Positions 47,946 to 56,190 of a stretch of 56,190 nucleotides of DNA are shown piece after piece. Each line of letters opens with the position of its first letter. Position 1 is the stretch's first letter. This stretch comes from a virus (taxonomy: Duplodnaviria > Caudoviricetes): IMG/VR virus record IMGVR_UViG_3300024999_000126, positions 1 to 56,190 of that record, one strand, 5' to 3'. Below the pieces are notes generated by a model. The model had not been told where the DNA came from and did not search any database. It saw only the letters and a list, made by a program, of their open reading frames with translations. The translations under genes were made by a program, and so were the position numbers.

Positions 47946-49780
47946 TTCTTCACTAATCCCAGCCTAATTGCTTCAGTCATTGGCATTCTTCTATTGCGTC
48001 CGTACAACAACCGCCCATCTGGTCCGACTACTCTCTTTCTTGTTACGTACCATAAATCGTCTTGAGGAAAAACTTGCTCAACTTGCTTTTTATCTTTAAC
48101 TCCTAACTTAGCTAAATCTTGAACCGAAACAACAGCTCCCCTTCCGTAAAGCAACCTTCCCGTTGAAGGGTCTACAACTTTTTCTTTAAGCTTTACGAAA
48201 TCATTATCTTCTTTACAAACAACTTTACTAGCTACATTGGGAACGTATCCAGCATCTATTATCTCTAAGTACTTCTTAGCAACCGAACTTAAGTCGTGAT
48301 ATTTAAGTACGTAGTTCTTCACTCTAGTTGCTTCATCTTTATAGTACACTGGGTCGTCAATTAACTGTTTTATAGTATTTTCTAAAGTAACGGCATTTAC
48401 GTAAGTATAGGGTATTTGTCCTAACCATTCCAGATACTGCTTAGCTACGTATTCGTCACCAGCTAAAACAGGTAACCCCATACAAGCACCCTCAAGACCT
48501 GACACTTGCAATCCCAACCAAAAACTATCGAATACAGCATCACACGTAGCTTTTATTTGCATTGCCTCTACATGTGTTTTTCTCTCTATTAAAACAGCTT
48601 CAACAGAATATCCTTTACGTTTTAAGTTTGATACAGCAGTTAAGAATAATTCAGTTCCCTTAAAAGCTCTATTTGTAGGAGAATGAGCTATTCTAAACTT
48701 CTTTCCTGCAACCCTACCTTTAGTCATTAAGCTATATTTTTTAAAAGGGACAGGATTTGGGAGGAACTGTAAATTGTTTGAATACCTCGTTAGTTCAAGA
48801 TTTGAAACCAACCTAATGCAACTCTGAGCATTATCATCGATATTATGCCTACCAATAAGCTTCCTAAAAAGAGAACCGTGATGATGAACTACTTTTGTTG
48901 CTCCCCGCTTTACTACTCCAGCTTGAGGTATTACTTGAGCTCTTAAATGCGCGTGAACTACATCTGCATCTCTCAAATGTTTCCTAAGCATGCTTTTATC
49001 ACGCATTGGATACTGATATGGATAATCAAACTCAGTATTCTTATTCCTAAAGTATGCAGATTCGTGTAACGTGTACCCATCAATTGCTTGGTGTAAATTC
49101 CAAGCAACACAAGCTAAATCTCTACCGGCAAGAAAAACTATCTTCTTTGGTTGAACTTTCTTTAGCCTCTTTATGCCTTCTTTATTATTTTGAACTACTC
49201 CATACTGTTGCTTTTGTTTCATTCGTTCATCGGTACGACCATCATTTCTTCTATGGTCCAACATTAAAGGAACAGATACTGATATTTGACCAATACCTGT
49301 TTCTTGGTGTGAAGCTACTAAATCTCCCTTTGAATCATAAATCCAATGATGACGTCCTGCATAATGCAGTCCTTTATCATAAGCAAATAATCTTGGCTCT
49401 TTATAGATTCCCTTGTATAGAGGACTTTTTATTGCTACCCAACCAACATCGAAACTACCAAGACTTTTAAGCACTTCAGGATTTTCAACGTATTCATCGG
49501 CATCAACAATAAAGAAGATGTCTCCCTGTTTCCCATGCTTAAAGTATTCTGACCTTTTAATGCATTGGTCTTCCCAAAATGTTTCAGTTGTGATTAACTT
49601 TACTTTACCTAATGATTCTAGATATTGAATACTACCATCTGTAGAATAGGGTTTATCAACTGGAAACCCATCGTATGCCCCATCGATTGCCACTATTTTA
49701 TCTACATAATCATAATACGTGGGGACACTCTGCTTTAACGCGCTTACATCATTAAAAAAATTAAGGCACGCTATTAGCAT
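47942..49780 (-). CDS. Bifunctional glycosyltransferase (GT2-like plus GT-B) with two C-terminal GRLLYGR modules
   Basis: IVAIDG..STDGS..VDADE (GT-A DxD); [29 protein letters not shown]. Confidence 0.82.
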   Translation of the reverse strand: MLIACLNFFNDVSALKQSVPTYYDYVDKIVAIDGAYDGFPVDKPYSTDGSIQYLESLGKVKLITTETFWEDQCIKRSEYFKHGKQGDIFFIVDADEYVENPEVLKSLGSFDVGWVAIKSPLYKGIYKEPRLFAYDKGLHYAGRHHWIYDSKGDLVASHQETGIGQISVSVPLMLDHRRNDGRTDERMKQKQQYGVVQNNKEGIKRLKKVQPKKIVFLAGRDLACVAWNLHQAIDGYTLHESAYFRNKNTEFDYPYQYPMRDKSMLRKHLRDADVVHAHLRAQVIPQAGVVKRGATKVVHHHGSLFRKLIGRHNIDDNAQSCIRLVSNLELTRYSNNLQFLPNPVPFKKYSLMTKGRVAGKKFRIAHSPTNRAFKGTELFLTAVSNLKRKGYSVEAVLIERKTHVEAMQIKATCDAVFDSFWLGLQVSGLEGACMGLPVLAGDEYVAKQYLEWLGQIPYTYVNAVTLENTIKQLIDDPVYYKDEATRVKNYVLKYHDLSSVAKKYLEIIDAGYVPNVASKVVCKEDNDFVKLKEKVVDPSTGRLLYGRGAVVSVQDLAKLGVKDKKQVEQVFPQDDLWYVTRKRVVGPDGRLLYGRNRRMPMTEAIRLGLVKK

Positions 49781-50171
49781 CTGAATTATTCCCCTTTATA
49801 TCTTTTATTATTTTTGCAGGAACGCCCCCAACTACTACGTTTGACGGAACGTCTTTTGTTACTACTGCACCTGCTGCTATGTATGAACCCTGACCAATTT
49901 CTTGAACTGATTCTAATATGATTGCACGAGCTCCAACAAAAGCATCTCGTCTTATAATCAAAGGAGATATTCTTATATTTCTAACATCTCCAGGGGGATG
50001 GTCGTGGGTTAGTATCATTACGTCTTCAGATAGCACTACATTATCTTCTAAAACTACATTAGCTGAAGTATCTATCGAAGAACCCCTACCAGTAGCAACG
50101 TTTTCTCCAATGAACAATTTTCCCTTACCTAAGTGATGCCTATCTATCATCTCATGTTTTAATCCCATCAT
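49761..50171 (-). CDS. Sugar O-acetyltransferase, left-handed beta-helix
   Basis: Hexapeptide repeats, [29 protein letters not shown]. Confidence 0.9.
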   Translation of the reverse strand: MMGLKHEMIDRHHLGKGKLFIGENVATGRGSSIDTSANVVLEDNVVLSEDVMILTHDHPPGDVRNIRISPLIIRRDAFVGARAIILESVQEIGQGSYIAAGAVVTKDVPSNVVVGGVPAKIIKDIKGNNSDANSVP

Positions 50172-51076
50172 CCCATAAACCTTTCATAAATTCCTACAGC
50201 TTTTTTAGCTACAACAGGATAATCATGATAATTTTCTACGTACTGTCTACCAAGCCTTGCATATTTCAAAAAGTGTTCTCTATCAACAAGTAGTCGTATT
50301 AGTTCTTGTTTAACAGTTTCTCGACTTGTCCTTACATAAGGAGCATACCCTACTATCTCAATTATTCGTTTATGAGTATCATCTGGCAAACCAACTAAAA
50401 CTGGCTGTCTCAGTGCCATCCCTTCAAGACCAGAGTTACCATACTGTAAATGTAACTGGTCAAAAGCAATATCACACCGAGCTTTCATCGCCAAGCATTC
50501 TAAATATGAAGTCTTCTCTATAAGAACTAATTCAACGGGATAACCCTCTCTTTTTAGTTCATTGACAGCCAATACCAGGGCATCTGTACCCTTATAATCA
50601 CGCCTTGTAGGAGAATGTGCAATTCTAAGAATATCATCATCGACGTGATACCTCTTCCTCAATTCATCAAACTTTGCTACGTTTATTGGAGTAGGAAACC
50701 ATCTGTCTTCTTCATCAGGAACGTTATATCCCAATAAATTGATAGTAGATACTACTTGAAAAGCCGTTTCTCTATTGTATATTTTTGAATTATCTTTTTG
50801 CCTACCGTGGTAATGAAAAATCTTTATAGCATCTTTATTGGGTTTCCAGCAGCTGGCATAAGTGAGGTTATTATGAATATGTGCAATATCAAGTTTACCT
50901 AGAAACTCTCTTATGCTTATCGGTACTTCAGGATACTGAAATTCACGAGGAAAGTCTAAATAATCGTTCTTAGTTCTAAAAGCATGAGCATCACAACTAG
51001 AATAAAGACGTAACATTTCAGCACATTTAAACGTTTGACCTCCAGTATCGGGTCCACAAAAATGAGCTATCCGCAT
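50168..51076 (-). CDS. Glycosyltransferase (GT-B)
   Basis: [21 protein letters not shown]...YG..GLEGMAL.QPV; paralogous to the middle of 47942-49780. Start chosen at MRIAHF. Confidence 0.8.
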   Translation of the reverse strand: MRIAHFCGPDTGGQTFKCAEMLRLYSSCDAHAFRTKNDYLDFPREFQYPEVPISIREFLGKLDIAHIHNNLTYASCWKPNKDAIKIFHYHGRQKDNSKIYNRETAFQVVSTINLLGYNVPDEEDRWFPTPINVAKFDELRKRYHVDDDILRIAHSPTRRDYKGTDALVLAVNELKREGYPVELVLIEKTSYLECLAMKARCDIAFDQLHLQYGNSGLEGMALRQPVLVGLPDDTHKRIIEIVGYAPYVRTSRETVKQELIRLLVDREHFLKYARLGRQYVENYHDYPVVAKKAVGIYERFMG

Positions 51077-51077
51077 G

Positions 51078-51425
51078 TCACATCGTATTCCCATCAGAAT
51101 CCAGCTTATACACCCCATTGCAATGACCACAGAGAAACACTTTGAATCTATCATCAGCGGTCGTTATATCAGTATCTGGCTCATACATAGCTTTTAGTGT
51201 GTTGTATATCTGCCTACCAATCTCTTGTGTTAAGGGAATAGCATCTATCATTACAATGCCCTCTCCCTCAACAACAATTGGTTTAGTTAACAACACGTCA
51301 AGCTTACATTCTGGAGCTGACTTCATATCTTGAGTAAACTCAATACTTCTAACCCCTGTTATTTCATTACCACCAATAAAGATTTTTGTATCCCCTGGCT
51401 TTGCATCAATTTTAAAACTTGCCAT
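51078..51425 (-). CDS. Hypothetical protein
   Basis: GGGAGG RBS; C-terminal CGHC. Confidence 0.55.
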   Translation of the reverse strand: MASFKIDAKPGDTKIFIGGNEITGVRSIEFTQDMKSAPECKLDVLLTKPIVVEGEGIVMIDAIPLTQEIGRQIYNTLKAMYEPDTDITTADDRFKVFLCGHCNGVYKLDSDGNTM

Positions 51426-51640
51426 TCCTAACTACCTCCCTTTATACCCTTTTACTAAATAACTTTTATTGGTTTTCTTCAAACGTTTCTTAGTCGTATA
51501 TAAATGAGGGCATCCCGTTCTAAGACAAATATTGCAAGCCTTACCGATAGTAATCATGCAATTATATTTTGAACATGAATAATGTTTAAGCGTAACCCTC
51601 CTCATAATATGCTCCTCATTATATTCATTTCTGGATTTAC

Positions 51641-51721
51641 CAGTAACCTCTAGATTAACGTTAACATACCTTAATATATATTCTTATAGTTAATTATGTG
51701 AAGTTGCTCAGAAGGTCACTG
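51641..51721. repeat. 81-bp symmetric intergenic element
   Basis: TTTACCAGTAACCT/AGGTCACTGGTAAA arms, central AATATATATT. Confidence 0.6.
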
Positions 51722-51734
51722 GTAAACTCAAATA

Positions 51735-51778
51735 TAATAGGGGCCGGCTTTTGGTCCTAAGGTGACCGGCCCCTATTA
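51735..51778 (-). terminator. Strong hairpin downstream of the major capsid gene
   Basis: 13-bp arms TAATAGGGGCCGG/CCGGCCCCTATTA. Confidence 0.7.
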
Positions 51779-51805
51779 ACTGTTATACGTGGTAGAAACT
51801 AGCTA

Positions 51806-53197
51806 TTACGATGAAGCTGCTGCTGTTTCGATATCAACAAATACGTTCGGACGCCAGATTGGGAAGATAACTCTCTTCTCAGCCCTTATCCTCTTGTAGT
51901 TTGTGATAAAGTCGTCGTTGGCATAACCAATTTCAATAGCAGCTGCGTCAACATCAAATAGAGCAGCACCCATCTTAAAGCTACCAACGATACAGTGACG
52001 TTCGTCTGCATCAGCTGGATTCTGCATAGCAACAGTCTCAACTACCGGGAGACGCCATACACGCTCTTTGTTCTCACCGGAAACAACAACCCAGATATAA
52101 TGCTCATCTGAGCCTTTAAGAAGCTCAATCTCTTCCCAATCAATTGGGTGAAGCACACAACCATCAGCCGGGAAGTACTGAAGAGCAACATTAGTACGAG
52201 CTCTACGTATTTTGTCAAGTAGAGTATCACTAGCAGAGCCACGAATTGCATGGATAGCCGCAGCATAGTCCTGGATACCTGCTTTGTTAAGGATACCAGT
52301 AAGGTTGTCACCAGTACCATCGCCCCAAATAAGCTGGTCATCTTCGCGAAGGTCAAGGCCATAAATAAGCTGAGAATCGAGATAGGTTGAAAGCTGGCCG
52401 GCATCTTTAAGCATCTGATTAGAAACTCTAACCCAATGAGCAATCATTCTAGCAGTCTCTGTACGTTTAGTTGCACTGTGTGATGCTTCAGGTTTTGTTC
52501 CACCCTCAGCTACTTCAACGGCACCTGAAACAAATGCTTCCTCTACGTACTCGAGCGTTGGAGAGCCAGAAGTACCAGTTGTCAACAAACCACGAATCCT
52601 TAGCGGCCTATCTCCATCTTTAAGAGTTTCAGACAACCGATACGGAGCAATAAGGTCTCCAGAGGTTGCCGACGTGATAGCTTTTGTCTCAATTAGTTGT
52701 ATAAGTCGTTTGTAATCTTCGCCCTCGAAAATAACATGCCTGCCATCAGGTGTCATCTTCAACTGAGCAGGAGCATTAGAAGCTCCCTGGAAGCTATTTA
52801 GCAATCCGGCTTTGTAGCAATCACTAGCTACAAACGCTTTACCCATCGACAAAGCAACTGCAGGTCCTTGCAAGTTTAAATCTCTGCTCTTACCATCAAC
52901 ATCGAGATTAACATCAGCAACGTTAAACGGAATTACCCTGTTAGGGTCATTAGCAAAGCTATGAAGAGCATCCATCCTGCCCCTACTCTTTTGTTCCATA
53001 GCAATAGCTTCATTGTGCTCTTTCAGCTCAGCTTGAATTGTTTCTGCCTCAGAACACTTAGTATCAAATTGAGCTGCAACATCTTCCGGCATAGCTTTAC
53101 CAGTATGCTCATCTTGGATACTCTTTGCTTCTTTGACAAGCTTATCAAGGTCACCTTGCTTCCTAACAAGCTCGTCTTTGGTTAACATTTTCGGCAT
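51806..53197 (-). CDS. Major capsid protein, HK97 fold
   Basis: Coiled-coil delta domain, VAEG..KP, IAHWV.VS.QML.D, L..G.G....L.GI, RAE.R; ends ...TAAASS. Confidence 0.95.
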   Translation of the reverse strand: MPKMLTKDELVRKQGDLDKLVKEAKSIQDEHTGKAMPEDVAAQFDTKCSEAETIQAELKEHNEAIAMEQKSRGRMDALHSFANDPNRVIPFNVADVNLDVDGKSRDLNLQGPAVALSMGKAFVASDCYKAGLLNSFQGASNAPAQLKMTPDGRHVIFEGEDYKRLIQLIETKAITSATSGDLIAPYRLSETLKDGDRPLRIRGLLTTGTSGSPTLEYVEEAFVSGAVEVAEGGTKPEASHSATKRTETARMIAHWVRVSNQMLKDAGQLSTYLDSQLIYGLDLREDDQLIWGDGTGDNLTGILNKAGIQDYAAAIHAIRGSASDTLLDKIRRARTNVALQYFPADGCVLHPIDWEEIELLKGSDEHYIWVVVSGENKERVWRLPVVETVAMQNPADADERHCIVGSFKMGAALFDVDAAAIEIGYANDDFITNYKRIRAEKRVIFPIWRPNVFVDIETAAASS

Positions 53198-53254
53198 TGT
53201 TCTTCTCCTTCTAAAATAAGTGTTTTACTTGCTACATCTCACAGTGTCGAGTTC

Positions 53255-54310
53255 TTAAGCAGAAGTGACGAGCTGTTCGAGTTGAAGATTCCTAAGCCTA
53301 TTATTAAGCTCAGCTACCTTCTCTGGATTGGCGAGTCCGTTAGCTTTTGCCAGTGCCTTTTCAGACGGTTGGGCAGCTTCACGAAGTGCCGTTAAAACAT
53401 CTATACATTCGCTAACTAGTTTCATGTTAGCAGCTGATAGCACCTTTCCTGCTTTTACTTCTTCTATCGTACCAATTGACTTGATAGCTTCCTCCAAGAA
53501 AACTAATCCTTGCCAAGGAGGAATTTTACCCGTTTTAGCGAACAAAACATCCAAAACAGATTTTAACTCAAGATACCGGTCTTTGTCGACATCATTACTT
53601 TCAACATGACAAGCTATAATATCGAGAGCTTTACCAACAATATGCGGCTTGCCATCTATTATATCTGCGTAGAGTAGTTCTAAAGAATCATTTAACTTAA
53701 TCGTAAAACCATTTACATCTTCCAAAGCTTTGATGTTTTCTAGAGCTTTATCTGCATCCCACTCATAATCGGCTGGAGCAACCTTGAGCTCGTCTATGCC
53801 TTCAATAGATTTAACGCTATTTGCATCAATGTAAGCCAACTCATTCATGCCAAAGATGACGGGAGATACTTCAAACAAAGCAACTTCTTTAAGCCTGCGA
53901 GCTATCTTATCCCCTACTTCTTGATATTCAAATTTAATAGCATTATACCCAAATGACAAAGCATCAAGAACTCCCTCTTTAATTTGAGTTAGTACTTGAT
54001 CGCCGAGAGGAGTTTCAGACACATAAGCTTTTATCCACAGGCCGAAATCATCTTCTTTGGCTTCAAGAAGCTTCCCTACTAAGTCTTTAACTGACCAACG
54101 ATTGTGGTGGTCTAGGAGCTTGACTTTGCCAGCTTTAACGTTCATACCAATAGTACGAGTGAACGCTCCCTTTTCTATAATATCGCCACCACGGTCAACA
54201 TTTTCAAATACTGCACAGTAGCCTTCAAACGTTCTTTCTTCCGTATTAACTGCTTTGACCTCAAACCTACCTATGATTCTATTGGGGTCAATTGTTCTTA
54301 TTTTAGGCAA
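53255..54310 (-). CDS. Prohead protease, HK97 family, with C-terminal extension
   Basis: FEGY..VF...D..GD...GAF, LL.HH, LSFGY, L.EVSPV.F.MN; KAGKVLSA.N tail. Confidence 0.92.
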   Translation of the reverse strand: MPKIRTIDPNRIIGRFEVKAVNTEERTFEGYCAVFENVDRGGDIIEKGAFTRTIGMNVKAGKVKLLDHHNRWSVKDLVGKLLEAKEDDFGLWIKAYVSETPLGDQVLTQIKEGVLDALSFGYNAIKFEYQEVGDKIARRLKEVALFEVSPVIFGMNELAYIDANSVKSIEGIDELKVAPADYEWDADKALENIKALEDVNGFTIKLNDSLELLYADIIDGKPHIVGKALDIIACHVESNDVDKDRYLELKSVLDVLFAKTGKIPPWQGLVFLEEAIKSIGTIEEVKAGKVLSAANMKLVSECIDVLTALREAAQPSEKALAKANGLANPEKVAELNNRLRNLQLEQLVTSA

Positions 54311-54328
54311 ATTATGTCACCTCCAAGT

Positions 54329-55132
54329 CTAAAACTTTATACCTAAGCTACAACGACATCTAGGATGAAGAGGGGGAGAATCAACGTCTTCATATCCATG
54401 GTTAAGCTTAAAAATACTGCCATCTTCTGCAGCTATCGTTTGAATGTCTCCCTCTTTAAAATAGCTTTCATTCTTCTTTACTACTTTATTATCCATACTA
54501 TTACAAAACAAACAAAGTCGCTCATCTTCAGTTGTAATCCAAACTGAGCTACCGCCTACCTCCTCATAACTAAATCGAGCCCCTCTATTCGTCGACCTTA
54601 TTATCTCAGTCCTAGCAACTATTTCTGCCCTGATAGTATTCCAACCATAAAATTCTTGTTCAAGAGCTTCTCTAACGAGGTTAACCATCCATCCTTCTTT
54701 TTCGCCCTTCTTTATGATAGTTTTTACTTTTTTAACAGAAGTATCGCCTATCTTCTTAGCAAACTTAAATTGATAATTTCTAATAAACTTAATAACTTCA
54801 GGATTAGCCATATCAAAATCTAGCCCTAATGCTTTTCCAGTTTCAACTGCTGATTGCATTAAAGGGTCACCTAGAGGAACTTTCCCTACAACTTCGTATC
54901 TGGCAAGACGTTTATTTATCTCTCCAAGCCTCTTATATAACCTATTCATTTCAGACTTAGATAGCTCTTTTATCTCAAAAGCATCCAAAGCTTTCCTATA
55001 TTCTTCAGCATATGTCTTTAACAATTTAGTAATACTTTTTTCTAGCTTTGGATAATAAGAATTTTGTACTCGTCTTAAAACCTTAACTAATTTAGGATTA
55101 AGCTTCTTAGAACTTATTTTCTTTTTAATCAT
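54329..55132 (-). CDS. Minor head protein, MuF/SPP1 gp7-like
   Basis: RA..VARTE, W....D.R.C..C, PPLHPRCRC. Confidence 0.9.
   Translation of the reverse strand: MIKKKISSKKLNPKLVKVLRRVQNSYYPKLEKSITKLLKTYAEEYRKALDAFEIKELSKSEMNRLYKRLGEINKRLARYEVVGKVPLGDPLMQSAVETGKALGLDFDMANPEVIKFIRNYQFKFAKKIGDTSVKKVKTIIKKGEKEGWMVNLVREALEQEFYGWNTIRAEIVARTEIIRSTNRGARFSYEEVGGSSVWITTEDERLCLFCNSMDNKVVKKNESYFKEGDIQTIAAEDGSIFKLNHGYEDVDSPPLHPRCRCSLGIKF
54907..55110. repeat. 204-bp direct repeat, copy 2
   Basis: Matches nt 1-204 with one substitution. Confidence 0.95.
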
Positions 55133-55262
55133 CGCTAATTACCTACATCCATGACAACTTGAGCACTGTCTACACGACAATTTGCTACTATAAGAGCTAA
55201 TCATGCGTAAGGGAAAACTCATGCCCTCAACTTTTCTAAAAAGAGGCTTAACATATTCTTCT

Positions 55263-55571
55263 TTAACTATTTCTGATGCTACCTGCTCTTTGAGGCTTAA
55301 TGAGGGCACCAGAAGTCTTCGCTGTAATCTCTTTTCCACTACTTGAGTTAACAATGCCTAAACACCTTCCATTTGCATCTAAGTGTAAATCCATAGACTT
55401 GCAGCCATATCTACCAAAAGCTATCTCTATATTCCATTTACAATCCATATTATCGCAAGTTAGAGATACTTTTCCTAGCTTACACCCTCCGCCCTCTAAT
55501 CGATGAGGGCATTTCTTTGCCTGGCAAACCAACCTTCCATCAACATTTACCGGCTTACAAAATTCCCCCAC
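55263..55571 (-). CDS. Cys-rich hypothetical protein in the repeat-flanked cassette
   Basis: Eight Cys in the first ~72 aa; start overlaps the methyltransferase stop. Confidence 0.55.
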   Translation of the reverse strand: MGEFCKPVNVDGRLVCQAKKCPHRLEGGGCKLGKVSLTCDNMDCKWNIEIAFGRYGCKSMDLHLDANGRCLGIVNSSSGKEITAKTSGALIKPQRAGSIRNS

Positions 55572-56179
55572 TATATTTTCCTTCCAATAACAACAATTAT
55601 TAAATGTTTCTCACCATAAGAGTCATATTCTTCTTCATCAAGCGTATAAAAATCTTCTATCTCATAATTATTTGATTTTAACAAATCAATAAAACTATCA
55701 ACCGTAATATACTCTTCTATCTCGCCGCCAATATGCTCAGTATTACCGTAAATGTACAACATCAACAGCCCATTTGCTTTTAAAACTCTAGCAATCTCAG
55801 GTATCGACTTACTTAAATCAGAAGAGTGTAACACTGACAAACTAAATACTGCATCAAAAGACTCATTATCAAAAGAAAGTTCTTCAGCATTCGCTTCTAA
55901 AACTTCAACTTTTACATCTGCATTTTCAATATTTTCTTTTGCTAGCTTTATAGCACTAGGAGAAACATCTATTGCAACTACATCTAAGCCCGCGTTAGCA
56001 AAGAAAATAGAATCCCTTCCATTACCGCAGCCTATTTCAAGAACTTTTGGTTTTATTTCATCATCAATCTCACTCAATATCTTTTCTGCAAACTGTTGAG
56101 CAAATCTTGATGGGTCCATATCTAATGCCCAATGAGGAGTACCATTAGCATAAGCTCTTTCCCAATCTTCCGGTGACAT
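55571..56179 (-). CDS. Class I SAM-dependent methyltransferase (small-molecule type); frame open to the window end
   Basis: VLEIGCGNGRD, AIDVS..AI, LSFDNESFDAVF, VLH, RVLK.NG. Confidence 0.9.
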   Translation of the reverse strand: MSPEDWERAYANGTPHWALDMDPSRFAQQFAEKILSEIDDEIKPKVLEIGCGNGRDSIFFANAGLDVVAIDVSPSAIKLAKENIENADVKVEVLEANAEELSFDNESFDAVFSLSVLHSSDLSKSIPEIARVLKANGLLMLYIYGNTEHIGGEIEEYITVDSFIDLLKSNNYEIEDFYTLDEEEYDSYGEKHLIIVVIGRKI

Positions 56180-56190
56180 TTGCTTATATT

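Noticed and set aside
22256-55506. Many plus-strand ORFs in the track (for example 22256-22759, 35524-36198, 41379-41897, 46528-47202)
   Set aside because: They are antisense shadows of well-supported minus-strand genes, Ser/Phe-rich and without RBS or motifs.
55571-56179. DNA methyltransferase for anti-restriction
   Set aside because: It lacks DPPY/NPPY or PC catalytic motifs; the pattern fits small-molecule class I methyltransferases.

Overview
Apparently complete, probably circular ~56-kb genome of a tailed (siphovirus-type) phage. It is low-GC overall, with visibly GC-rich tail segments, and almost all genes lie on the minus strand. No integrase or repressor is recognisable, so it is probably virulent, and the host looks Gram-positive/monoderm. 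Modules: packaging and head (TerS, PBSX-type TerL, HK97 portal, MuF minor head protein, prohead protease, HK97-fold capsid); neck and tail (with G/GT frameshift, tape measure, CBM-decorated Dit, sialidase-like adhesin); lysis; early genes with a repeated promoter; replication and recombination (primase, SSB, DnaE, RecA, Cas4-like nuclease, RuvC); and a large nucleotide-metabolism cluster. The most unusual signals are: (1) three glycosyltransferases plus an O-acetyltransferase inserted between the capsid and neck genes, two of them with a shared C-terminal 'GRLLYGR' module, while capsid and tail tube both end in Ser, suggesting virion glycosylation; (2) a 204-bp duplication of the MuF 5' end that, across the circular junction, fuses the MuF N-terminus in frame to a SAM methyltransferase; (3) three thymidylate-synthase-type genes, two of them atypical, suggesting an uncharacterised pyrimidine modification; (4) a structured ncRNA with a tRNA-like tail; (5) dispersed 80-81-bp symmetric intergenic elements; (6) a TTT-TGA-C +1 frameshift at the start of dnaE. 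All calls come from reading motifs by eye; no database searches were run.
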